64,000 nt of DNA. Origin: the human T2T-CHM13v2.0 reference genome, Homo sapiens. Below the pieces are notes generated by a model that made no database searches, had not been told where the DNA came from, and saw nothing but the letters and a program-made list of their open reading frames with translations. Shown piece after piece: positions 17,263 through 28,748 of this stretch. The first letter of the stretch is position 1; each line of letters starts with the position of its first letter. The position numbers and the translations under genes were made by a program. The DNA lies in NCBI RefSeq assembly GCF_009914755.1, contig NC_060925.1. One strand, 5' to 3'.

Positions 17263-19669
17263 CTATTGGAACAGTAATTAACAGTTCATTATAAGTAGTT
17301 GATGTCCATGTGTGTTAAGTAAATATTTTAGAAGGTTCCGTAGTCAACGTTCGTCGATACAATCACCAATGAGTCGATCCACAGGTACCGGGAACATAGA
17401 AAGGAAAAAAGGGTAATTTGAAAATTAGTTTACGGTAATACATGCCTTGTGGTATGTTCCCACTTGAGCCATTCTCATACACCTGTTTCAAAGAACAGAT
17501 CTTCCCTGTAGTGCTAAAAAATTTAAGAATTAGTGCAGATGTGAAAATCCATTCCAAAATGAGTTCTAAGAAATTTCACATCAGATTAACCCACTGAAAA
17601 ACTTGCAAACTCTCACTTTCAACGTCTGAACGGAAATTTAATTTCCAAGTAAGCCTAACAAGCCCAACCAGAGATTCAATTCACTCAATGAAGTGACAAA
17701 GACCTACTCACCAGTTAGTGGCATGTGCTGCTTAAGAAACCTTGTGCTTTTCAAGATCTTAAGACACATCTGCTAAGTTGCAGAAATCTTAAAAGGTTGA
17801 AAGTTTTAATAAAATGCTACCAGACTACAAAAAGAAAAAGCATAAGACTATAGATTTAGTCACTTAACCGGCACAGTAACTTGATCAAAAAAACTTATGT
17901 TGCCAAATTCTCACAGGCACACTACCTTCCGAGCCATCACTATATAACCAGAGACAATTACGTTCTCAGTACTATTCTATATTGTTGCAAACTAAATGAA
18001 CAAACCCCACCCACCTTCATCAGTCCATCTTTTCCCTTAGGTCTTTGAAAAGTGCAGACACTTTGCTGTAATTCCATGTTTTAGACACTTCCCGAACAGT
18101 GAAACACGAAGCTAAAGTAACTGCAATAAAGCAGTGAGTGACTTCACTATTCCCATCTAGTTTTAGGTAATTCTGGAGATAGAAGTTTTCAATAGAAACA
18201 TATGTGCCTAAATAGCAGACCCCTCAGGTATGCAAACACAGCAGCCTACACTTTTTCTCATTCCATTTATAATAGACCAGTTACTAAGAGTATTACTCCA
18301 AATAAAAAACTAAAAGGGCATCAGGGTTTAACTGTTCCTATACACAATTTCAACATTCTTTTAAACAAAATACTATTGAGCTACTCAACATGACTAAACT
18401 TTTATCCTTTGTTTTTCAAAATCTTATAAATTACAGGGTTTTTGGCTCATTGTTCTGTGTTCTACCTCTAAGAACTTAAAAAAAAGAAAAAGTTGGGGCT
18501 TTCATAATTATGTTAATTACACCAGCTGAGAACCCAGGAGCTATCAGCTACCTGTTATCTAGAATATAAACCTTTAATTGTGAGAACATAAGGTCAAATT
18601 AGATTTTACACATTACCTAACAATCTGTCTTTAGGAAGAATATAAACCAAAATGTTACCCACATACTCTGAAAAATCTAAAGAAAGCCCATAGTATTACA
18701 TTTTACCCAACCAGCCATTTATAATTCTAACTTTAATTCCCAAAAAGTCTTAGGTAGATTATAAACAGGTGAGGCCTTATACAAAATCCTTATGTTTCTA
18801 TTTATAAAATGAATCTTATGAGCTACTCACTGCAGCTCCCCTCCTTTGCCAAAAGCCTGTAGTGAACTCATCACATTCAACTCAGCTATAAAAATGCACT
18901 CTCTAAACCCACCAAAATTCAGTCCTAACGATTTGTAAAGCCCTAATGCAGCCACTCATACCAGTTCAACTGATTGTTCTAAGCATCTGACAGGCTATAT
19001 TCACAGCTGAAACATGATAGCATCAAGAAGGTTCAGATCAAATGCACACCATTAGTATGCTTAAAAATTGTTGATTTTTGCTACTCTGTAGCAAAATGGA
19101 GATGTCAGTTGATTTTAGAAGGTATACCTACAGACAGGCCCAACAGGTGGGAAACGACGAGTCAAAACACTCAATTCCCTTTTCATAGGATAGAAGCCAC
19201 ACCAAATATAGGTCAAAGTCCTACACATCACTAAAACGTGCCTAAAGCTTCAAACTACAAGTCTGATTCCTACTTATGGCAAATACCAGCTTAAAGAATG
19301 AGTTTGCCATTTGATTATTCTCACTTGGATGTAGAATAATCAGATACATTATCTAGCATCTAGAATTTGGATTTGCCATGCACTAGAGTTCAAAAGCACC
19401 TAAATCTACTTATTGCCAAAGGTAATTCCACATAATACTAACAGCATTGACTCCTTGTTGGCAACCGTTATCTGTTTAGGTTACCACACACCGAGTTCTT
19501 CTATGTTGCCAAAGTATTCCTCAATATTACATATTTATGTATGAAATTGGTAGGGGAAACTAAAAGAGGTCCAGTCACCTACTTAAAAAAACAAAACAAA
19601 ACAAAACAAACACACCTAAGTTGTGAAAATGAGAATTTCCTTGGTACTACGTCCCACAGGATACATTAC

Positions 19670-19791
19670 CATGTCACTTCCCATCATGGAACCACTCATG
19701 GTTGCTGGTGGAACGCCAGGATTAGCTTCATAACCTATGCCACCACCACCTCCTAGAGGTGGAAATTTCTGGCCTCCTGAACCATAGGGAT
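19670..19791 (-). CDS. SFPQ: SFPQ exon 9 (122 nt): Gly-rich C-terminal low-complexity region
   Basis: TTCTAG|ATCCCT ... GACATG|GTAATG; PYGSGGQKFPPLGGGGGIGYEANPGVPPATMSGSMMGSDM; ends in phase 0 (cumulative 1986 nt). Confidence 0.96.
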
Positions 19792-19871
19792 CTAGAAAAC
19801 AAAAATAGTGGTTACAACTCCACCAGGATACTACTCTCTACTTATATCATTAATTTAAATTTCACACTTAC

Positions 19872-19920
19872 CTCCCATGTTCATTGCTCCTCCGCCACCC
19901 ATTCGCATGTCTCTTTCCCG
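19872..19920 (-). CDS. SFPQ: SFPQ exon 8 (49 nt)
   Basis: TTGCAG|CGGGAA ... TGGGAG|GTAAGT; RERDMRMGGGGAMNMG. Confidence 0.95.
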
Positions 19921-20641
19921 CTGCAAGAAAAAAATTCCTTTCAATATACCTGCACTATACCCACAGCAAGCATTCTTAAGAACTGAGAAATTTTCAAGAG
20001 TTAAATAAAAAACATGGTAAAGTTCAAAAGTTCATCATGTGAATTATTTTTGAAATCAATATTCTGAAAACTAAGTTAGACTCAATTATCCAAAGACCTA
20101 CAAAACTTCCTATTCAAGGCCGGGAGCAGTGGCTCACGCCTGTAATCACAGCACTTTGGAAGGCCGAGGCAGGCAGATCACCTGAGGTCAGGAGTTCAAG
20201 ACCAGCCTGGCCAACAAGGCGAAACGCCATTTCTACTAAAAATACAAAAATTAGCCGAGCCTGATGGCAGGCACTTGTAATCCCACCTACTCAAGAGGCT
20301 GAGGCAGGAGAATCACTTGAACCCAGAAGGCAGATGCTGCAGTGAGCCAAGATCAAGCCACTGCACTCCAGCCTGGGTGACAAGAGCAAAACTCTCTCCA
20401 AAAAAAAAACCAAACAAACAAAAAAACAAAACAAAACAAAAAAACCAAGAAACAAAACACAAAAAAACTTCCTATTCAATTAAATCCTCTGACCCATACA
20501 AGGAAATCAAACATAATATACTTTGTTAGAAAAAAAGCAGAAAATAACTGTAATTTGATATTAAAATTTCCTGTAATTCCTTCTAGGTACCTGCAAGTTC
20601 TATAGACAACTCCAATTGGAAGGCAGTAAAGGCTGACTTAC

Positions 20642-20759
20642 TGGATCCATGTAGCCCATTCGGCTGTAACTTTCCTCTCTTTGGCGCCTCATTTGTTCTT
20701 CCATCTCACGTTGACGAATCATCATCTCTTCCTCTCTTCTACGTCGTTCCTCCTCTTGC
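20642..20759 (-). CDS. SFPQ: SFPQ exon 7 (118 nt): charged coiled coil
   Basis: TTCTAG|GCAAGA ... GATCCA|GTAAGT; QEEERRRREEEMMIRQREMEEQMRRQREESYSRMGYMDP. Confidence 0.97.
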
Positions 20760-21671
20760 CTAGAAATACCCATCAGGTACATAACTGAAGTGTTATCCAC
20801 ATCTTTTAGAATTCAATGTGAAGAAACCTAGCAGTTGACCTAAGAACTAGGTTAGCACTAAAAAACACAAAGGCTTAGAGTGAGCCTAGGGGCATAGTAC
20901 TAAAGACATTCTGGCAAATAATGTAGGCTTTATTAAGGATAATCTTACACTGTATTCGATTTTAAGTGTTAAACCAACACTGACATATTTAACCTTTGTA
21001 TTTTGCCTGACTGACCTGAAAAACTAAGTACATCTTTTCCCTAAATGTCAGAATATAAATGTTAGTGCATAAGTCAAGGATTAAGGCCAGGGTTGGTAGT
21101 TCATGCCTGTAATCTCAGTACTTTAGGAGGCCAGGAGTTTGACACCAGCCTAGGCAATATAGGAAGACTCCATCTCCACAAATACAAAAAAAATTAAAAA
21201 ATTAGCTGGGGGTGGTGGCCTGTGCCTCTAGTCCCAGCTACTCAGGAGGACTGCTAGAGCTGAGGAGTTTGAGACTGCAGTGAGCTATGATCATGCCACT
21301 GCACTTCAGCCTGGGCCCATCTCAAAAAAGGAAGAAAAAAAATGGCCAAGCGTGGCGGCTCATGCCTGTAATCCTAGCACTTTGGGAGGCAGAGACAGGT
21401 GGATCACTTGAGCTCAGGAGTTCAAGGCCAGCCTGGCCAACATGGCGAAACCCCGTTATCTACTACAAATACAGGAAGAATTAGCCAGGTGTCGTGGCGC
21501 ATGCCTGTAATCCCAGCTGATCGGGAGGCTGAGGCAAGAGAATCGCTTGAACCCAGGAAGCGGAGGTTGTGGTGAGCTGAGACTGCACCACTGCACTCCA
21601 GCCCGGGCAACAGAATGATACGTTTCAAAGAAAAAAATAAATGAAGGCTTAAACCTTAAACACAATTTTAC

Positions 21672-21756
21672 CTCAATTGCATTTCTTTACGTTTCTGCAT
21701 TTCTTGATTGTGAAGTTCTTCCATGCGTCTTAATTCTTCCTGTCGTCTCATCAGAT
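21672..21756 (-). CDS. SFPQ: SFPQ exon 6 (85 nt): coiled coil
   Basis: GTTCAG|ATCTGA ... ATTGAG|GTAAAA; [28 protein letters not shown]. Confidence 0.96.
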
Positions 21757-21854
21757 CTGAACATTGGAAAATATTTGGATTCACATTAACAAGGTTCTAA
21801 TAAGGTGAAAAACAATTGACCTTAGCAATGATGTTCACGCACAGGTCTTTTTAC

Positions 21855-22051
21855 CTTGGCGCAAAAGATTTGCCTGATGTTCATGATAGGCATCTTCCAT
21901 TTCACTTTCCAATTTGTCTTTTGCATCTTTCATGTTTTTTTCAACTTGTTCCCTTTGCTGTTTTTCCATTTCATCCAAAGACTTCCATCGCTGAGAATAT
22001 TCGTACTCAAACGTGCCATGCTGGGCAAAACGAGGAGGGGTTTCTCTCTCC
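21855..22051 (-). CDS. SFPQ: SFPQ exon 5 (197 nt): NOPS / coiled coil
   Basis: TGTTAG|GGAGAG ... GCCAAG|GTAAAA; [23 protein letters not shown]...HQANLLRQ. Confidence 0.97.
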
Positions 22052-22456
22052 CTAACAATACACAAAATTTTAACATGAACCGATTTGTGAATGCATACCA
22101 GAAAATACTTGCCCTAGTACTGATCTTTTTCCTGTTCTATTTCTTGTAAAGAGTACAAAAGGCAAAAATTTTCCTGATTCATCTATAAATATCTTCACAG
22201 CAAAAATACTCAGAACACTCAGTAAAAGAATGCAGGCACTGGAGATAAATCCTACCTTCCTCGTTTTCTAATTGTTTTCCTCTAGCCAAATTCCTTACCG
22301 AGGCTTATTTTTTCCACCCATAAAAATGTACTGTAGGCCACACGCGGTGGCTCACCCCTGTAATCCCTGCACTTTGAGAGGCCAAGGCAGGTGGATCACC
22401 TGAGGTCATGAGTTTAAGACCCATCTGGCCAACATGATGAAACCCCGTCTCCACTA

Positions 22457-22618
<162 letters not shown>

Positions 22619-22739
22619 TCAAAAACAAAACAAAAAAAAACGTACTTCAGCCAGGCACGGTGCATCATGCCTGTATCCCAGCACTTTGAGAGGCCGAGGT
22701 GGGCGACTCACCTGAGGTCAGGAGTTCGAGATCAGCCTA

Positions 22740-22942
<203 letters not shown>

Positions 22943-23166
22943 TTATTGCAGGGACAAAACAGGACTGCATGTGAATGTATCCACCTTAGAAGCAAACAGC
23001 TATCTGAATAACAGCTTCAAATCTTTCTCAGCCTGAGATTTTTTACTAATAAGCATATCCACATCAAATAATTTTGCATATTTTAAGCAAAATTGGAAAA
23101 TCACTAAAATAAATTTAACCTTTACACTTGATTTAAAAACTGCCAAAAAAGTTTAATCAATCTTAC

Positions 23167-23262
23167 TTTTGATACATTGGATTCTTCTGGGCAAGTTTTT
23201 CAGGAAGACCATCTTCATCATCTAGTTGTTCAAGTGGTTCCACAATGACTGGACGAGGAGTT
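23167..23262 (-). CDS. SFPQ: SFPQ exon 4 (96 nt): start of NOPS domain
   Basis: TATTAG|AACTCC ... TCAAAA|GTAAGA; [31 protein letters not shown]; phase fits neighbours. Confidence 0.96.
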
Positions 23263-23362
23263 CTAATAACAAAAATGGTTCCATCTTAGCTTTGTTCCAG
23301 TTTTATTGCCACCATTCTCATATAAGTTGATAGAAATTATTAGAATAAACAAGACAACTTAC

Positions 23363-23664
23363 GTCGTCAGTAAGAAAACACCTTCACTGCATCGTTCAAA
23401 TGCCTTTCTTGCTGCTGGCTTAGAAGCAAATTCAACAATGCCTTTCCCTGTAGATCTTCCACGATCATCCACTATTACAACAGCCCTTTCAATAGGACCA
23501 AATTGGCTAAAGGCTTCTTCCAACAGTTCATTGGAAACATAAGGTGAAAGATTACGAACAGAAAGGGCAGCAGCATGTGTGGCAAAGCGAACTCGAAGCT
23601 GTCTACCTCTCATGGGTGTATCATCCAGTTCGGCTTTGGCAATTTCAGCCAAAGCTCTAGATTC
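23363..23664 (-). CDS. SFPQ: SFPQ exon 3 (302 nt): end of RRM1 and RRM2
   Basis: ACACAG|GAATCT ... GACGAC|GTAAGT; [15 protein letters not shown]...LSVRNLSP...KGIVEF...GVFLLT. Confidence 0.97.
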
Positions 23665-24009
23665 CTGTGTATCAGAGACACTCATGTTAATGACCTCAAA
23701 ATTGGATGATGTCTACTCTTAAATTGTCATAGGCCTACTTCCTACTCCCTTTCTTCCTTCAGCTCAGTTCGACCATTACCTTTAGGCAGCACCCACTAAC
23801 ACCACTTAGTTTACCCACCCCACCCCTCTTTTCTCTTAGGTAGCAACAATTATGCATTATACCGCAAGCATTTTTCCTGTAAGAATGGTGAAAAATCTAA
23901 AAGATCAATTTATCCTCCCCAGTTTAAAAACCAAGCCTTCAGCGTTTGTAGTGACAAAAAAATCCCCCACCCTTTTTAATTCTACGTAAAATCAAACAAT
24001 TACACTCAC

Positions 24010-24198
24010 AAGCTTAATAAATCCGAATCCTTTGCCTTTGTTGATAAAAACTTCTCCTGGTTCTCCATATTTAGCAAATAGTCTTTTGAATTCATCCTCC
24101 GTGATATCAGCAGGTAGATTCCCAACAAACAACCGACATCGCTGTGTGTAAGTTTTCTCTCCAGGCCTCCTCAAGAGAGACAAATTGGCTTTAAACCC
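24010..24198 (-). CDS. SFPQ: SFPQ exon 2 (189 nt): RRM1 N-terminal part
   Basis: CATTAG|GGGTTT ... AAGCTT|GTGAGT; encodes RLFVGNL (RNP2) and KGFGFIKL (RNP1). Confidence 0.97.
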
Positions 24199-24540
24199 CT
24201 AATGAAAAAGGAAAGAAGTTTTCAAACACCAGAGACCTCTGCAAGTGAAAATCCCCAAGATAGTATTTGCTTATCTGAAACCTATCAGTTGCCTTTCTGT
24301 TCCGTTTGGTCAAAATCAAGGTTTTACTATGTGAGATTTCTAACATGAGCACTATCTTAACATTGAAAAAGGAGCCCCATCATCCAGAATGTTCGAGAAT
24401 AGACACACTTCCCCAAAGAGTAGACGTCCATCAGCAACTGTCACCCACATATGTTGAGTGTCCCTAAAAAAATCTAAATAGTATGAAAATTAAAATAGGA
24501 AAATAACACAAATCCAAATGCCACTGTAACCTACACGATC

Positions 24541-24855
24541 TGCGCCTGCGCTTTTATGGAACTTCCCGGTTCTCTCCAAACCTACGCCGCATGCTCTGCA
24601 TTACGCCAGTCCCAGGGACAGGATACCTTCTGCAGGGCCGACCACCGCGGCCCCGCGCTTCCTTCCGAAAGGAAACCTCCCCTAGCCTTCCGCCCGCCGG
24701 GAGAGCAAGGCCCGGCGGCGGCCAATCCCCCGCCGACCGACGGCCCCGCAGGCCGCCCCGCCCCCGCAGCGGCGCGCGCAAGCGCCCCTTCCGGCAGCCG
24801 ACAAAATGGAAGCCCAGCGCGGGGGCGGGGGCGAGGAGGGGGCCGCCGCCATCTT
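24541..24855. promoter_or_regulatory. Intron 1 motif cluster: YY1 and NRF1-like sites
   Basis: GCCGCCATCTT (YY1 consensus) 24845-24855; TGCGCCTGCGC (NRF1-like) 24541-24551. Confidence 0.55.
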
Positions 24856-24890
24856 AGGGGAGCCGACGCGTCGCTCCCATAGACACTCAC

Positions 24891-25718
24891 CTCCGAGTCC
24901 GAGATCTTCTCCTCGCTGCGGCCGCCGGGCCCGCCGGGCGGGGGCCCCTGGTGATGCTGCTGGTGGTAGGGCGGGTGGTGCTGGCGGCCCCCGCGGGGCT
25001 CCCCGCCGCCTCGATGCGGCGGCTTGGGGTGGCCGCCAGGCGTACTTAGGCCCGGGCCGCCACCTGGCTTCGGCCCGCCAGGCATTTTGCCGCCTTTGGG
25101 ACCACCCGGACCTGGGCCCTGCTTAGGCCCTGGACCCGGGCCCGGGACTGCCGCGGGCGGAGGCGGCGGGCCTCCGGCCTGAGGAGGTGTGGTAGGGACC
25201 CCGCTGCTTGGCGGGGTGGGTGGCGGCGCCCCGGGAGGGGCCGAGGTGACTGCAGGCGGCGGGGTCGGAGTCGGGCCTGGCCCGGACCCTGGCGGGGCCC
25301 CCGAGGTTGGTGGAGTGGCGGGCGGGGCCGAGCTGGAGGCTGGTGGTGCGCTGCCTACTCCGGGAGCGGGGCCGGGTCCCTGAGCAACGACGGGCTTGGA
25401 AGAGTCCTGCGGCGGTGGCGGCGGCTGCTGCTGCTGATGCGGCTGTGGATGCGGCGGCGGCTGATGCGGTGGCGGCTGCTGCGGCGGTGGCTGCTGCGGT
25501 GGTGGCTGTTGCTGCTGTTGGTGTGGAGGCGGTGGCGGGATCGGAGGCTTAGGGCCGCTCTGGCCCGGGCCAGGACCCATGGGGCCGCGATTCTGATTGA
25601 GGCCCATGCCGGGCGGCGGAGAACGGAAGTCGTGGAGGCCGCCGCGGCCGCCGCCTCCTCCACGCCTGTGGAAGCCACCACCGCCACCGCCACGACTCCG
25701 GAACCGATCCCGAGACAT
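24891..25718 (-). CDS. SFPQ: SFPQ exon 1 coding part (828 nt, 276 aa): RGG box and Pro/Gln-rich low-complexity N-terminus
   Basis: ATG (CAT at 25716-25718) opens MSRDRFRSRGGGGGGFHRRGG...EKISDSE, the recognisable SFPQ N-terminus; ends at donor GAG|GTGAGT. Confidence 0.98.
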
Positions 25719-25781
25719 GTCTGTGGTCAAGGGGCGGTCGAGGCAAAAGCGAAGAAGACGCTCAGGAAACGTGGAGGCCAC
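25719..25781 (-). CDS. SFPQ: GUG-initiated 21-aa N-terminal extension of SFPQ
   Basis: AAG GTG G (A at -3, G at +4), in frame and stop-free to the ATG: (M)ASTFPERLLRFCLDRPLTTD. Confidence 0.65.
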
Positions 25782-25793
25782 CTTGCTTCTCAC

Positions 25794-25955
25794 AAAATGG
25801 CGGATGACACAGGCGGCGCGCCGCCTTTGTCCTCGTCTTATATAGGCCAGCTGGCACGGCCCCGCCTACTCCACGATCGACAGCTCCAATAGCCAATTGC
25901 AATTACTATGCTTGATGACACTAAGTTGCGAACCTCTGATCATTCCTATTGGCCC
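25794..25955 (-). promoter_or_regulatory. SFPQ core promoter: YY1 site, TATA box, GC box, CCAAT boxes; TSS predicted ~25808-25815
   Basis: CCGCCATTTT (YY1) 25794-25803; TATATAAG 25837-25844; GGCGGGGC ~25859-25866; CCAAT at 25885 and 25893, ATTGG at 25948. Confidence 0.82.
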
Positions 25956-26705
25956 CTGGGTGAGAGGCGGGAGGCATGGGGGGACTGAAGTTTCCAGTTG
26001 GCCAGTGAGCGAAGAAGGCGTTGGCTGTAGGCCACTATGATTTGCTAGGAGAAATTTGAATGGGTATGCCAGGGCAATTTTCACTTGCGAGCAAATAACC
26101 AGGGCTCTATCCGCTCCTGCAGAGAAGCGTTGGAGGTCTCTTTTCTTTCTTGATTGTCCCTAGGAGCAATCTACTGATATCCTTGCCCAGAAAAACAGAT
26201 GTTTTCCGATTCAAAATCAGAAATTGAGTGCCTGCTGTCTACCCTACCTCGTGCCAACTCAATGAAAGTAGAGAAGTAAAATCTTACCGATTTCAAACAT
26301 ACGCAGTCTTAACTGATTTCATTATGGAACCTCATAGGAATACAGATTTATTGTAGCAGCATAAACTTTTCAATAGGCTTCTGTGGGTGCGCGCTTTGTT
26401 CAAAAAGAGCCCTTGTGTGTATGTGTGTATATATACACGTTTACAAACACCAATCACAGGAGGAATGTAAATATTCCACTCAACACTTTACGAACAGACT
26501 AAGGTACTTTTAAAAAATTACAATGTTAGGCTGGGCACTGTGGCTCACGCCTGTAATCCTAGCACTTTGGGACACCGAGTCGGGCAGATCACCTGAGGTC
26601 AGGAGTTCTAGACCAGCCTGGCCAACATGGCGAAACCCCGTCTTTACTAAAAAATACAAAAATTTGGCTGGGTGGGGTGGCTGACGCCTGTAATCCCAGC
26701 ACTTA

Positions 26706-27134
<429 letters not shown>

Positions 27135-27206
27135 TTACAATGTTACAATGTCTATAGGGTATTAACCAGTCAGATGCATCAATTATTTTTCTCTTATTTT
27201 CTTTGA

Positions 27207-27458
<252 letters not shown>

Positions 27459-27655
27459 TAGGCCTCCCAAAGTGCTGGGATTATGGGAGTGAGCAACCAC
27501 GCCCAGCCTGTATTTCACAATCTCCAGTTTCTTTGAGGTCCACAGACCTTTTGCGGAATAATTCCTCCCTCAACATTAGCTCATAGCTTCTATCTTCTTT
27601 TCTGCATCTAACTCTCTTCATTCAAGATCCAGGCGGGACCGGGTGCGGTGGCTCA

Positions 27656-27982
<327 letters not shown>

Positions 27983-28151
27983 TTACCTCCTCCATTAGTA
28001 TTTTCTTCTACCCTGTATCACCATCCAGTCTCCCATCCTCCCCTCATCACACTCACTCCTGATTGTTATTACCAGTAACTGCACTATCTCTGAAATCTTT
28101 AGTTCAAGCATGCCTCTTACTGATCATCCCTTTTCTTTCTGACTCACATAA

Positions 28152-28575
<424 letters not shown>

Positions 28576-28637
28576 TAAATCTTTTTCCCTGATACCACGA
28601 AAAATGTGTCTTTGCCCTTATCAAAGGGCAAACCCAT

Positions 28638-28748
28638 GGCTGGTCTGAGTGCGGCGGTGTTTACAACTAATTGATCACAACCAGTTACAGATTTATTTGT
28701 TCCTTCTCCATTCCCACTTGACTGGCACTATTTAAAAAAAAAAAAAAA
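28638..28748 (+). pseudogene. Y3 RNA (RNY3-derived) retropseudogene
   Basis: GGCTGGTCTGAGTGCGGCGGTGTTTACAACTAATTGATCACAACCAGTTACAGATTT... matches hY3; ~8-nt internal deletion, A15 tail, degenerate target-site duplication (GCAAACCC / GCAAATCC). Confidence 0.92.

Larger units (their letters stand above)
24520..25900. promoter_or_regulatory. CpG island covering SFPQ promoter, exon 1 and start of intron 1
   Basis: Very high GC and CpG density against an AT-rich, CpG-depleted background. Confidence 0.95.

Noticed and set aside
18831-18880. C-box-like GTGATGA (possible C/D snoRNA) and a 26-nt microexon (CTACAG|...GCA|GTGAGT)
   Set aside because: No D box or terminal stem at a suitable distance; the acceptor has essentially no pyrimidine tract
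24582-24890. C-terminal ~100 aa of the 403-aa ORF
   Set aside because: Read-through past the exon 1 donor GAG|GTGAGT into stop-poor, GC-rich intron 1
24554-25892. Overlapping antisense and alternate-frame ORFs in the CpG island
   Set aside because: Expected from stop-codon scarcity in very GC-rich, low-complexity sequence; no recognisable domain
28638-28748. Functional Y RNA gene
   Set aside because: Poly(A) tail, target-site duplication, stem deletion and no upstream Pol III type 3 promoter indicate a retrocopy
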